A stretch of DNA of 64,000 nt from Dimorphilus gyrociliatus. Its lineage: Eukaryota > Animalia > Annelida. The translations under genes were made by a program, and so were the position numbers. The notes below the pieces were generated by a model. That model was not told the origin of the DNA. It did no database searches and saw nothing but the letters and a program-made list of their open reading frames with translations. The first letter of the stretch is position 1. Each line of letters opens with the position of its first letter. Of the stretch, positions 12,569 to 26,705 are shown piece after piece. The DNA lies in NCBI GenBank assembly GCA_904063045.1, contig CAJFCJ010000003.1, forward strand, positions 2,776,504 through 2,840,503, written 5' to 3'.

Positions 12569-15500
12569 ATGAATATAGTAGAATACGACAAGAACGTTTC
12601 ACCTTCTTTCACGGCAATAAGAGAAAGTTTATGCCAGCTTTACAATATTGAGGATTTTCACTTGAATAAGATTGGAGAAGGATTTTTCTCTGTTGTTTAT
12701 AAGGTAATACTTAAAAAAAGAATTTCAATATTTACACTTAAAGTAGTAAATATACAATATATAAAGATAATTTATTATTTTTATTGGTATTACTATTCCT
12801 ATTTGTTTTGTTTTTTTTTTTTAAATTACGTAACATCAAAAAAAAAACAAAAGAAAGTGATTTGTTATTGTTTCTTTCTTTCTTTCTCTCTCTCTGTCTC
12901 TCACTTTCTCTTTCGTCCTTATAAATATGTTTTTCAACAGTATAAAATTATATTGTTACATCAAGTAGGTTTTTTAATTTATATAGAGTACTATAAAACC
13001 TATATGCACTGTATAATATCATTATCTGGATTATTTAACCATCTATCGTTTTATTAAATATCTACTAAATTCTTTTTTATGTATATTAAAAAAAAGCGGC
13101 TTTTGTTTTTTTTCTCTATAAATAATCTCATTTTTTTTTTCAATACGACTACTATAGACATATATGGAATAATGTATAGAATATTCCATATACAGGATAT
13201 ACTGTACATATATATATATATATTTGTAACTGTAAGCTTTATGCCCAATTAAATATTTTACATGTTTCTCTTCCTTACTACTTGTGGAGTATTACAAGTA
13301 GAATTTAAGTTTAACAACAATAGAATAGCAAGCGTAAGAGGAAGAGAATAGACAGTGTTTTCTTTAAAGTAGATATGATCTTTAAATAACCTTTTCATTT
13401 GGATTCTTTTCTTATTTTATAGAAATTTTTGATTAATATATAAGAGATTGATTTAAGATTCATTACAAAATAGAAATATTGTATACTCCCAGTGATAATA
13501 AAATATATGACCTTTTCTGTGGTTGGCCTAATATAGCAAATATATATATATGTATATATATATAAGCTTTTTTAATAACAAATTGCACATGAAGTAGAGA
13601 TAATTATGCTTTATTCCTATCTTATTCTGCTCTCTTTGTCTCCTTTTTTCCTACTCTTCCCCCACTCTATTACTTTTTCTACAAGTATCTAAACAGCTGG
13701 GATATTAGTATCTTTTTTATTGAAAGGATCACTTGTAAAAAAACTTTTTTGCGTATAGCCGAGAATGTTGCTTGTATTTATATTTAAACAACTAAGAAAA
13801 TGTTTATAAATTCAAAATTATTAGAGAAAACAGTTAGCTAATGTTTTTATATAAAGTCCTGTTAATTTTAGATTACAAATATTTTACTCGATTCTACCCT
13901 TTTTTCATAGGCTTCGCCTCACTTGATTCACTCTTACTACTATACATTCCTTTGTTTTTTTTGACCTATTTTTAACCCGTAGGTATTTACCTACTGATTT
14001 CTTCATTTGATACAATAAACTTTGTGTTACAATACTCTAAATTTTTCATGATAACGATGTATAAACCTGAATAGGACATTAATGATTATTAAAGGGAAAA
14101 AACAAAGACAAATTTTGATATTATATCTTTAGTTTTTGTATACAATTTACAGGTATAGGTTGTTTTTTCCCAATAGAAATATAATTTTAAACTTCTAAAG
14201 TTACAACCTTCGTAGAAAGAAAATGTTTTCTAATATTTGTGAAAGAAACACGTTTAAAAAAAGAAAAAGAATAATATTTCTTTCCCGAAAGTTAAAAAAC
14301 ATTTTTTTAATATTCAATATTTAATTCTTGTTTATTAAATTATATAGGCAATAAATAAGGAAACATCAGAAAGTTTGGTATTAAAACGTCTAAAATTAAA
14401 AGAGGATAATCCAAAACGTATAGCCCAACATCAAAGAGCAGCTTTAAACGAAATTGAATTGCTTCGGCAACTTTCTCACCGGAATGTTATTAAATTAAAA
14501 GGTGTTTGTACGGAAAATGGACATTTACACGCACTTACGGAGTTAATGGATGGAGGTTGTTTAGAGTCTTTGGCTACAGACTGTAATAGGGATCTAACAT
14601 GGAGTGTCAGATTGCATTTGGCTTTGGATATAGCTAGAGCTATGAAATATATACACAGTAAAGGCTATATTCACAGGGACTTGACGGCTAGTAATGTTCT
14701 CTTAAAGTTAACGAATAATAGAGAAGGTTTACAAGCAGTTGTTGCTGATTTCGGTTTGGCTACAAAAGTACCAAAGAAAGGAATAAAATTGCCTGTTGTA
14801 GGATCACCGTTCTATATGTCTCCAGAGTGTTTAAATTCAAAGTTTTACGACGAAAAAACAGATGTTTTTTCGTTTGGTATCATTCTTATACAATTAATAT
14901 TAAGAACTGACTCTGATCCTGATCGAATTGCTCGTACAACCGCTTATGGACTTAATTATGTTGAAGTTGGAAAGAAAGTGAAAGAAACAATGTGCCCTCT
15001 TGCCCTATTAGCAGATGCCTTCTACTGTTGTCAGGTAGATCCGAAAGAACGACCAAGTTTTTCAAAATTAACTGTCGATTTGGGTCGGTTGTTAAACTCA
15101 CCTAATTACCATGAGATTGTAGCAGATCAAGAATCTTTACCTGCTATTGTTCGGTCAACACACTTGAAAAAGATTGCCGATAATATTGAATGTAAGAAAA
15201 GGTCTAACAGAAGATTACCAGGAGGTCATTTATTTTCTTTAACGGCTGCTGTTGTTGGCAATGTGATGTCGGAATTAGATGCAGCAAATGATTACACACT
15301 TTTGGATAGAAGTATCTTTGAGCTGAGATTTCAGCACAAGAAACTAATGCCGGGAAGTGCTTCCAGTGATGAATTTTTATGGAGGAGTACAGACGAATTA
15401 GATAGTTCAATAACCTCTGTTTCGGATTGTGAAGCTACGCTACGGCGAACACATTCCTTCCCTAAAAGGAAAAGGAAGGACGATAAAGAAGATATCTCAG

Positions 15501-15700
15501 AGTTAAGTGACGACGGTGACTCAGGTGTTGCAATAGGATTTCTAAAATCCCCAACAAATTTTAAAATGTTCAATGATGAAACTGACTGTGATTTTATTAC
15601 TCCAAATACAGTTTGGAATTTAGCAAAGGCTTGCGAAGAAAGAGATAAAGAAGCTCAATTTTCATCGGTAAGACGACGAATGGGCTGTGCAATGGATTAA
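12569..15700 (+). CDS. TESK: TESK1/2 (cdi)-type dual-specificity kinase of the LIMK/TESK family; exons 12569-12703, 14348-15700 (5' end uncertain)
   Basis: PSFTAIRESLCQLYNIEDFHLNKIGEGFFSVVYK is a TESK-type N-lobe; HRDLTASN, ADFGLA, VVGSPFYMSPE, DVFSFG are present; no LIM/PDZ exons seen. Phase-0 GT-AG junction AAG|gt...ag|GCA. Confidence 0.9.
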
Positions 15701-16813
15701 TAAATCGACCTATAGTTGATTTAGATTCTTTTTTTTTTTTTTGCTGTTTATTTTTTGTTCTTTTGTTCAAATGTAAAACTATAATTTTCATGTCATTCAA
15801 AAAAAAAGAGAATAACATGTTTTTAAAAAAAAAAAAAAGAAAACAAGAAAAGTAAAAAGCTGAAATTTTGTTTTTTTTTTGCTATTATTTTAGTCGCAGA
15901 AAACTCTCTAAATAAACATTTTTTTTACTGTTGCTTAGTAAGTTTTAATGTATAAGTATTTAATTTTTTTTCTATAGATATATTGGTGTTATTTCCCAAT
16001 TCTTTATCTTATCTTGTATATAATGTAAAGAGTTATATATCCTTCACATCATCATTCACCATGAGAATATTCTAAACATTTTTGACCTGAATTTAAGATA
16101 GATTTATATTTATTACTATTAATAATTGTTCGAGCTACTTACAAATAACATTGGTAGGGGATAATGCGATTGCCATGAAGCGCCTAAAATATATGTATAC
16201 AGTATAAGCTTTTTTTTATTACTAAAATCAATTACGAATTGAAATATTATGCAAAAGAAGATTTTATTCGTTGTTATCAGGTTGAAATAAAAATGCTTCC
16301 ATTGTCAGTATTTACAACTTTTATAACTATGGAGTATATAGGAATTTTTTTTTACAAGGTATGTGCACAAGTATAGCGCAATAAAATTCAACGAATGTTA
16401 TAAAGCATAGAATATATAATGAAAAGGTTATCGACTTGTACAACTCCAGGATTTAGATAATTAGATTTATATTATATAACGCCATCTGTTTTCTGAGGTT
16501 AACATAGTTAACTGCTATCAATATTGGTTGAAGACAAGGTGAACAATCCTTTTGAAAATAGTTTTGGTGTTCAACTTTGGTAATTTTTTGTATATTATTT
16601 TTTATCCGATATCCCGTTACAGTCTTTGCTTTGTATTATTAATTTAAAGCCGGTAAGATTCAAACTCTGTGCAGTTGGTGCTTTGAATATAAATACAGCA
16701 TTTGCAATTGATTAATATATATTACATCTGTTATTCCAGCGAAATAAAAAACAGATAAATATTAATTGTTGCCGATTACAAAAGTTCAAAATCTGAGAGC
16801 TACTAGTTCAATT

Positions 16814-18107
16814 ATGGGTAAAAAGTCACCGAAAAAACCAGCAACAGTTGCGAAAAAGCCAAGGAATGAGAAATCATCAAAACTTTTTTTTCTGGCTGTT
16901 ACTCCTATTGTTGTTGTAATTGGTATTTACATCTTTACGGTGCTAAAATCTCCTATAAATCCGAAATCATCAGAATTAGGATTAGCACCAGTTTTTGAAG
17001 GGGCCTTGGAGCCAAATAATCATCTTCAGGCAGCAGAGAGACTGTTTGAGAATGAAATTCTGGGGCCAGAAGCACCAATGGTATATAAGGGAAATGTATA
17101 TGCTGGCCTACATGATGGAAGATTTGTTAAATTTGACCTTAAAAACAATAAGGTTGAAACTTTGTTACGACTTGGTCAAAGTGAAAATTGTGGCAGTTAC
17201 GAAAACGAACCAAAATGCGGAAGACCTTTAGGCTTTCGAATACTTCCGGATGGAACCATGTACATAATAGATACATATTTAGGTCTTTTCAAGTTCAATC
17301 TAAACACGCACGAGAAGACGAAGCTTTTCGGTCCAGATCTTGTAGTCGAAGGAACGAATATGACACTATTAAATGACTTAGATATCGACGACGAAGGAAA
17401 TATTTATTTCTCACATTCAAGTGTCAGATGGGAGAGAAGAAACTTTGTCTATGTAGTCCTAGAGTCAGCCTCTGATGGACGTCTTCTATCTTATAATTTG
17501 CATACTAAGAAGTTTAGAGTACTAATCGATTCTCTAGATTTTGCAAATGGAGTACAACTGTCACCAAATCAAGATTATGTTCTAGTCGCTGAATTAACTA
17601 GAGCTAGAATATGGAAATACCATATTAAAGGTTTCTTTTCATTATATAATTATTACTTGTCATAGGAGAAAGTCAGTTTACTGTATGTGATAAATTTTTT
17701 TCTTTACATTAGGACCGCTAGCCGGAGAAAAAACCATATTCGCCGATAATCTACCTGGCTTACCAGATAACATTCGTCCTTCAAAAAATGGTGGATATTG
17801 GATAGGATTAGGAGCCGCTAGAAAAAGGACGGCGTTTAATATTATTGAATGGATGATGACCAAAGCTTTTGTCAAAAAATTTCTAGCTGCCGTCTTGAGT
17901 ATTGATACTTTCCCAAAATTAGCTCCCAAATATGGGTTAGCTATTCATATAGACGAAAAGGGTCGTATAGATAAAACCTTACACGATACGACTGGTAGAG
18001 TTATTGCTAAAGTTAGTCAAGTTATTGAAGATGGTGATAATTTATATTTTGGCAGTTATGGATCACCTTATTTAGGTCGTTTGAATGTTAAAAATCTTAA
18101 GTTGTAA
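16814..18107 (+). CDS. APMAP: Adipocyte plasma membrane-associated protein (strictosidine synthase-like beta-propeller, type II membrane); exons 16814-17630, 17713-18107
   Basis: N-terminal TM segment, GPE, CGRPLGFR, LNDLDI, FANGVQLS, NLPGLPDNIRPS, YFGSY; 82-nt GT-AG intron, phase 1. Confidence 0.92.
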
Positions 18108-18274
18108 AAAAAAAGCAATAAATGATTTGATTAAAAAGCTAAAGTATATTTTATATGAATAGAAAAAATTTCGTTTAGTGTTAGTTAGCTTAGTTTTAAT
18201 TCTAAAATGTTAAACTTCCTATAATATTCCCTTTTGGTACCCAAAACAAAACAAAAAACAAAAATCAAATATTA

Positions 18275-20199
18275 TTAAGATGTAGCAGGCTGAGTGGGAA
18301 CAACAGCCGGAACAGTATCACCACTGTCGAACGGTGGCGTAATTAGACTGCTCTGAGCAGGAATTTGATCTGGGGTAGATTTCTTAAATCTACAGCATAT
18401 TAAATCGATTCCAGAACAAAGAAGTGAATGTAATATAGAAGATGTTGCAAACACACCGCCAACTATTCCGGCAAGGCGAATTAATAATCTTCCAAAACCT
18501 CTTTTTTCTTCAGTTATTTTAACTTTAATTGGCGATAAATCATATTTGAAGAAAATTCCAGGTACTCCATGGCTACCTTTAGAATGATTTATTGTTCTGT
18601 TCTTATGAGTGACAGCAAATTGATAGGTATCAACTTGAGAGATAAACGTATTGACAGAAGTTGGTACAACTTGCAAGAAATATTGAGCCATGTACAAATC
18701 TAATAGAAAAAATAAAGTTTTAAAAATGACATTTATTTTGAATAAGTATATATTCAATTTTTAATTACTGTTCATTGTTACTCGTTCATCGTAATCCAAA
18801 GCATAAATTAATCCAGGAGTTCTTCGACCGAAAGAAAAATGATCGATACGGTGAGAAAAGTTATAGTCTATAAAAAATGGAATAGTTTAATGGTGCAAAT
18901 AATACTTTTAAAAAACGACACATAAAAAAATAGTATCTGATATGGATAATCGATACATAATTTAATCTAAAATTGGCCATTACTTACCACTCTTTTGTAT
19001 TAAGTTGAAAAAATGTACGTGCATATTTTTGAAGGGGAGTAACCTACGTGTTTAATCAGTTGAGTTTGTTAAAATTATTGTAAAGTTAATGAGTAAAATA
19101 TTAGGAGACGATTTGTGAGAGAGTTGAAGTGATTGATAACAGGTAGGTGAAAGAGAGGATACATGCATATATATATATATATATATATATACAGGTGTGT
19201 GTGTGTGTGTGTTTATACTTTTTCGCCTAAACTACATGAACTTACAAACAAAACAGATATGACTATACTTATCTTACCCCGCTCTTTAATGAAAGCAAAG
19301 TGAGCATGGCCCCTAGGGATAACGGGAACCGGTCTAAAAGAGTACAAAGAATAGTTTTCCAATAATCCCGATAGAACAGGTAGAGAGTTAAATACGAAAT
19401 GTAAACAAGGAAATTAAACTTACTTTCCAGCTGTAACATGAAAATTTCCTGCTACCTTATTAATCTCTAAAGTTCCATGAATTCGGCAGGCATCCGGTTG
19501 TGTTGTTGGTTTGATTTCTCTTTCTGGTCTTGAAGTTCTCAGACCAACCATATATCCAGTTTTCCAAAGGAGTTTATGTAATGAATGATATTGATCTTTC
19601 AAGTATGTAGAATACTTTTGCATCATAGAATAATAGTTTCTCTGTCTTGGCGTTAAATCGAAATATGTATCTTCCTCTTCAAGAGTTGAAGAAGTCATTA
19701 GAACGTTCTCATTGGTAACATCTAAGACATCTGCACCAATATCTATAATTATAATTAAATCAAGTTTAATTGTAAAAATGATTTGTATAGTTTAAAAACT
19801 TACTGGCACATTGCATTGCAACAGTAATATCAATATTTAATTGAATTTTTCTATAGGAGAAAAAGGTAAATTAAACCAATACTTGTATGTCTTACAGTTA
19901 TTATTTGTTATACCCTTCGTGTGCTCTATCTACTTCATAATCATACTTCACGTCACTTCTTAAGTATCTCATTATTTCAGAAAATGTCAATATAAGTATT
20001 ATTGTAAAAGTTACCAGGGAAACTATAAAATAAACATTTTGTGAATAAAAAAATCTGACATATGTTGTGGCACTTTACCTCCACCTCCTGAGACTCTCGT
20101 CTCTTGATAGCTGTCAGAGACTTTAGGAAATGCGTCTAGCTCTTTAACATCTTTAAGGCTGAAAGTCTTTCTTCGTCTTACAGTTGTATCGTCAATCAT
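18275..20199 (-). CDS. ERGIC2: ER-Golgi intermediate compartment protein 2 (multi-exon)
   Basis: VKELDAFPKV, INIDITVAMQC, IGADVLD, ACRIHGTLEINKVAGNFHVTAGK, NFSHRIDHFSFG, HGVPGIFFKYDLSPI, RLAGIVGGVFAT, ICCRF. Confidence 0.93.
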
Positions 20200-20459
20200 T
20201 ATTTCGGTAAGAACGATAATATAAATATTTTATGTTTTTTTTCTATTCCATCAACAGTATGAATAGCGGTCAGTTATACTAAAACATTTCGATAATTGAA
20301 TTCTTTATTGAAGACTATTCTTAAGTATAGAAAGATCTTTCTTAACAAAAAAAATATTCTATTAAACCGAATTATAGTTGATGATGTGTATGATCGAAAC
20401 AAATGTAAAATATTCTTTCATTGATGAACAAAAACTGGTTATTCACAACTACTCAATAG

Positions 20460-20475
20460 GGCGCCAAAATTTGAA
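20460..20475. promoter_or_regulatory. E2F-like / CDE-CHR-like element GGCGCC-AAAA-TTTGAA
   Basis: GC core followed after 4 nt by TTTGAA, about 260 bp upstream of the ERGIC2 ATG. Confidence 0.3.
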
Positions 20476-20660
20476 AATAATAAAAATGAACTTGTTGAAG
20501 TATGAATATATGTATATATTTTTTCGTTATCAGAAACTGAACTCATTTTAGATCTAGATAATCGTAAGTGTAACATCACATGAAAGTAACCCTATTCAAT
20601 ATGGCCAAGTTTTAAAGTTTTTAAATTGTAAAGGTTTTTCCTTGCAGATGATGTATCACG

Positions 20661-22863
20661 TTAAGAGGTTTTTCCCATATCAACTGGAACTGGAAAAAAT
20701 CTTTCATACATTCCTCGAAGAATATTTCCTGGTAATTTTTGGTTTTTTAATATTAGATTTTCAAGACCTTTCTTAACCTTGAAGATAGAAAATTATCAAT
20801 TATTAATTTTTTGAGTTCTAATTTGAATAACAAGAGAATCTACCTTTGTAGCTAATTGTTCTGGTGTCATTCCTTCTTCGTAAGGTATGGCATCTCCGAT
20901 GATAGTTCTTAGGAATACAACAGACTAGAATTAATTTTTACTTTACAGTACGTTACTATATTTATACTTTAACTTCACAGGAAACACTCCATATAAAGGA
21001 ACAATAGGTAAGCGAGTACGTTCATAAATTCGTCTCATGAAAGCTAGGAATTTCAGGAAGAAAGAAAAACACAGTATTATACCCAACAGGTATGGTAAGA
21101 AAACGTATAAAGATATTTACATCTTCCAGCTTTTACTGCTCTAACTGCTTCTCTAATATTTTGTGTAAATACTGGGATAACAGGCTATTTAGATTTAAAC
21201 AATAAATTTTTAATATACCATATATGATGTATTTTGTTTAAAATAGAGAAAATACATACAACTTTTGCTTCAACAGCAATTTTAGCAAATCCAATTCTTT
21301 GTCCCCAAAGTACTTTGTAATACTCATCGCTGAAGTAAGCTTCTCTAACTCCTCCTGAATGAACAGAAACAGTTTTTAAACTAGTAGATTATTTAAAAGT
21401 ACAGGAAGTTTTGTTAAAATAACTTTTGGGTATTTTTGAGGCCAGAGCCTTAAAAAATTCATTAAGACTATAAATCTAATTTCTTCAAAGTTAATATCAG
21501 ACAAAGAAAGCTCTAATTCTTATTTCGAGTGAAATTAGTACGTACAGCCTTGATAGAATACTTTTACAAAAAATGAGATTAAGTTATTAATTATGTTACT
21601 ATTAAACGTATGTTAATCTTACAACGATGTACTTTGATCATTTAAATCTTCCGATCATTATGTGTCAAGTCAGATAACTTTATAGTAGAAAGAAATTAAG
21701 CCTGTATTACTACATTATATAGTACATGTTACTTAATTTTATACATAGGCTTTTTTTATATTAGATATATCTTACCTGGAGCAATCGCCAACAAATTTCC
21801 TGATTTTAATAATTCAACCCCTCTTGAAACTGTTCCGGGTAAAACTCGGAAGACGTCCATGAGAATTTTAAAACCAGGTATTAGAAAGAGAAACCGATCT
21901 CCAACAGTCCAAATTGTTCTATTTTTATTTAAAAATATATTTGCTACTAAGTAATAGTGATCTATTGGTATAGCCCCGTGGTATAAGATTATTAAAGCTG
22001 ATCCTGTATCTGGAATTTTCTCCATTCCAAGTACTTCATAACCTAATTGACAAATATAGAATATTGATAATTAGATAAAAGAATGTTAAATCGTATATTA
22101 ATTGTTTTTACCGTGCCATATTCTACCCTGGGCATTCCATAAAACAGATAGGAAGTGTTTGGCCCCTTTCCATTTATCTAATAGTGCTACATCTTTTATA
22201 TGGTGACGCCATCTAAAAATGAATATTACATATAGTTATTAATATTATATAATTGAATTTTTATGACTATCTTTTGAATTATACTTATAGATATGCAAGA
22301 AGATAGCGGATATGTAGACAGAAATCATTATTCCAACGGGAAGAGCAAAAGTCAATATGGCGGGGTATACTATCCATGCCAGCCACTAAATCAGCAAATT
22401 TCATTTGTTATTTACAGTTCAAGTCTTAATAAAAGTTTACAAACTGACTTGCATATAAAGTATGTCAACAGAACTGGCAATTATATTGTAGAAAAACTCG
22501 TAAGTTGATTCAATTAGTGACATTTTCAAAGTACTTTAGAGACACTCCAGTTTTATAATAAATAACTCACTGGATTAGATTTTTCGTTCGAATGCAACAT
22601 TTGGCCTGCTGCTGAAAAGCATGTTGGTTAGAAATACAAAGAATTTTTATAAAGGAACTGAATGAAATTTCAACAAAATTGCAAAAAGAAATGATGTACT
22701 TCAACTTTGAAATACAAATATAGAAGAAAAATTTTATAAAAATTATTTTATTTTATTAAGTTAAAACATAATTACAAAATTAACTGAATAATTGGCAAAT
22801 CATAAGAAAGAAAAACAATTAGCTAGAAATTGATGAAGAACTTACCGGTTGTGAAACGGTCAT
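20661..22863 (-). CDS. TMEM68: TMEM68/DIESL-type acyltransferase (multi-exon; start codon uncertain)
   Basis: AIFLHIYK, LWNAQGRIWHGYEVLGMEKIP, YHGAIPID (H-x4-D), LAIAPGGVREAYFSDE, IPVFTQNIRE, LPGNILRGMYERF. Confidence 0.92.
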
Positions 22864-23016
22864 ATAAGACCGGTCAGCTGACTGCGCATGGGCGACAGAG
22901 CAGAAGCAATTAAAATAGTGGCGGTAGAAAATAGCCCGTTAATCAATGATTGTATGACTAGATATACTCAATAACTGCTTTATAGAATCTTAAAAGTTTC
23001 CATAAACAAGATAAAT
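22864..23016. promoter_or_regulatory. Compact bidirectional promoter between TMEM68 and ADAM10, with NRF1-like TGCGCATG (22883-22890)
   Basis: Divergent first exons about 150 bp apart; local GC enrichment. Confidence 0.5.
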
Positions 23017-26000
23017 ATGAATCTCTGCCTACTTCCTTTGATATTCAATATTTTCTTAACTGCAGTTAGCAGAGGTAAGTACCAACGCTTAGTTATTCAC
23101 TTAGGGCTAGTTTTACTAACCTTTAATCGGATTTATACATAAAATAATACCACAGAAACAAACGAAATTTTGTTGTAAACAAAGTTAGAGTAACAAAGTA
23201 TCCTACAATAATCAATATTTCCTCGATTTATAAATCGAAGAGGATATCGTGACAAAAATAAGATATGATTTCCGCATTAAATTCAAGTATATTTTTTATG
23301 ACTCAAGTTGCGATTATTATACTTTTTCGTCAATAAACCAGCCCACGACTAGACAACTTGCTTAGTTAAACATTTGTAACGCAGGGATTAACTACCTTGA
23401 AGTCTTAATCATTACATATATATGAAATAGTAAATAAGACATCAAGATTTCGGAATTAGATTATTGTTTGACTATTTAATGCATTTGTTATGTAAGCTAA
23501 ATGGCCTTTTTCCCTATTTTTGATAGCCCACCACATAGCAGACATAATCTCAAGATTCGAACCTCTTAGTTACTCGAAAGAGCATTTGAGAAATCATAGA
23601 TCTCGAAGAAGCGTCGATGGATATTTTACATTCAAACTGCAGAGCCCTAATAGAAGTTTTAACCTTCAACTAAAATCTGATAGTGCAGCTTTTTCGGATG
23701 ATTTCATTTTAGAGGGTTCTTCTAAACCGAAAAACAGTAATCACTTTCATCATCTTTATACTGGTAGCGTTCAAGACCACGATGGTTCATCTGTGGTCGG
23801 TTACATTGTTGATGGTGTATTTCAAGGACAAATTGATTTGGCTAACGAAACATTTTACGTTGAAAAGTCCGCTAAATTTTTTCCTAACGAGAAAAAATCA
23901 TTTCATAGCATTTTGTATAAGGATAAACATGTAAATATGAAACGATTCAAAAGGAGTGCTGGATTACGGTGTGGAAATGACGAAAGTCGACAATGGATGG
24001 AGAGTATTCAGAATTCAGCAGCAGAACGTACAAAGAGATCAACCAGACAAGCGAATCCGTATAGCTGGCATGCTAATCGACAGAAGAGATCAATACCTGA
24101 TGGGTCTAATACTTGCACACTGTAAATATTACCTTATTTCCATAGCAAAAATACTAAATTTAATGAAAATAGTTATCTTACACAATTATTTCTTATTTAA
24201 TATTTAGTAGAAACGCAAATTATTACCAAACTATCTCTTTCACATTGTCTCTATATGCTATATTAAGTAAATATCAATCATAGATTGGGTAGGGATAGGG
24301 ATAAAATAGTCACAGATAATTTGTTATATAATATATGCTTTCGATATAAGGTATCTACGAGCTGACATTGAGCTTTACGAGAAATATAAAGAATTATTCG
24401 GATCAAATGCGGAAGAAGAAATTATGGGAATGTTTCATATTCATGTGACAAATCTTATATCGATTTATAATAACTCACAATTTGTGGATACCAATGGCGT
24501 GGTATACGCGGGTATATCTTTTAGCGTACGAAGAGCAAAAATTGTTACTGCCTGTACACCAGGAGATGTTGACGATTGGATGTGTAAGAAAAACATAGAC
24601 GTCAATAACTACTTGAACTATGCGAGCTTGCAGAATCATGATGACTTCTGCTTGGCTTTCGTTTTCTCTAATAGAGATTTTAACGGTGGTACTTTGGGTC
24701 TAGCTTGGGTGGCTAGTCCGAATAATCAGGCAGGGGGAATATGTGAAAGATATAGGGATTATGAAGATGGTAAAGGGAAAAAGACGAAAAAATCTCTTAA
24801 TACGGGCATTGTTACTCTTATCAACTACGGACGCTTTGTCCCCCAGAAAGTCTCAGTGTTAACTTTCGCTCATGAAATTGGTCACAATTTTGGATCACAG
24901 CACGACTCTGGAGTATGTATTCCTTCGGATAGCGGTCAAGGAGGTAATATATTTACTTTTCTTTGTATTATTATTCAGTAGTGCATCAGCCAAAATAACG
25001 TTAAAATTTCTTGTTCGATTTAATAATTTTCAATAGTCGTATATTTATTGTAAACAACTGTAAATCAGTTGCTCTACGTACCATTGTTAAATGGATAGTT
25101 TGTTATTACATTGAAGAGTAGAAAAAAATATATATTTATTTCAGCCAAACTAGGCTTAAACGTATTTTGTTTATATTAGAAGCATTTTACAATAAAATGC
25201 GACTTTAACAGATACATTTAAAACCTTTTATAAATATATATTTATTTGTTTTCTTTTCACTACTTACAGGGGGAAACTTTATTATGTATGCCTCGGCAAC
25301 TGACGGAACAGCGAGCAACAATAATAAATTCTCTGAATGTAGCCTTAAGTACATAGGGAGTGTTTTAAACGCAGTCTTCAATGGTAACAGTAAAGAAAAC
25401 TGTTTTACCAGCCCAGTCGCAGGTTTCTGTGGTAATAAAATAGTAGAAAAGGGTGTTAAAGGCAATAATGAACAATGCGATTGTGGTTATGCGAATGACT
25501 GCAAAGATAAATGTTGTCATGCCAGGGAAAGTAGTTCCAAAGTGGAACAATGGTGTAAATTGAGGGATAATAAGGACTGTAGTCCGACTGCAGGTCCTTG
25601 TTGTAAAGAAGACTGTACATTTGTGAGTGACGTGCAATGTGCAGCAGCAACTGAGTGTGCTTTTGAGGCTAAATGTAACGGAAAAACTGAAAAATGTCCA
25701 GATCAAAGTCCTAAAGGTAATTTTTCTCGCTTTCCTTTATCGATTTAATGAATATCCGATAACTAAGACACCGAAAATAGTAATGTAATTAATTTACATT
25801 TTGAATAGTCAACGAAGATAAACAGATTTATTCTTGAATTAATGAAGGAAATAAGCATAGTTTAGTAATGAAATATTGCCAGTTTTAAAAGTCTGACAAA
25901 GACAAAAAAAAAGAATTTTTGAACGAAATTTAGTCATTGTTTAGTTATATATCTTATTAAAATAATTTTTATATTTTCAGCTGATCATACTCTTTGTAAT

Positions 26001-26705
26001 GATTTCACGCAAGTTTGCATAAGTGGTTTATGCACGGGATCTGTTTGTCAAAAGATTAATTGGACTCAATGCTTTTTAAAGAAACCGTCACAACCTTCGA
26101 GAGATTACGATTTTGGCGATTTATGTTATGTGGCATGTAGAAAGGATAGGAATTCACCTTGCGTTAGCTCAAATTCTGAACAATCAGTATTGAAAAAACA
26201 GGAGAATTTAGAATTTTATGAATTGCTTAAAAGTATATCTAAAGACGATAAATTGGCCATTAAACTTAGATCAGGAGCACCCTGCGACGATTACAAAGGG
26301 TATTGTGATGTCTTTCAAAAGTGCCGTAGTGTGGATGCCGAAGGTCCGCTCTCACGACTAAAGAAACTGCTGTTTAGTGAGGAGACTATTGCAACAATAA
26401 GAGATTGGATAGTAAAAAATTGGTGGGCTGTTCTCTTGATGGGTATAGGACTCATCATTTGTATGGGATTGTTTATAAAGCTTTGTGCTGTCCACACACC
26501 CAGCTCTAATCCTAAATTAAAAGCAGCTGTTACTTTGAAACAAACCTTGACTTTCAGAAGAAGACATAACCGTCATCCGCAAGGTCCTCCACCCGCCTAT
26601 CAACAAGCTCAGAGTTCAGCTGGTGGACCTGCTCAGGGTAGGAGAAAGAAGCGCGTTAATGAGATTCCCATAGACCGTATAAATAAGGGTGGTAACCGAG
26701 TTTAA
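23017..26705 (+). CDS. ADAM10: ADAM10/Kuzbanian metalloprotease; exons 23017-23074, 23527-24121, 24351-~24945, ~25270-25716, 25981-26705
   Basis: Signal exon [19 protein letters not shown], prodomain with cysteine switch (RCG), [34 protein letters not shown] zinc motif, Met-turn IMYASA, disintegrin ([16 protein letters not shown]), cysteine-rich [24 protein letters not shown]. Confidence 0.96.
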
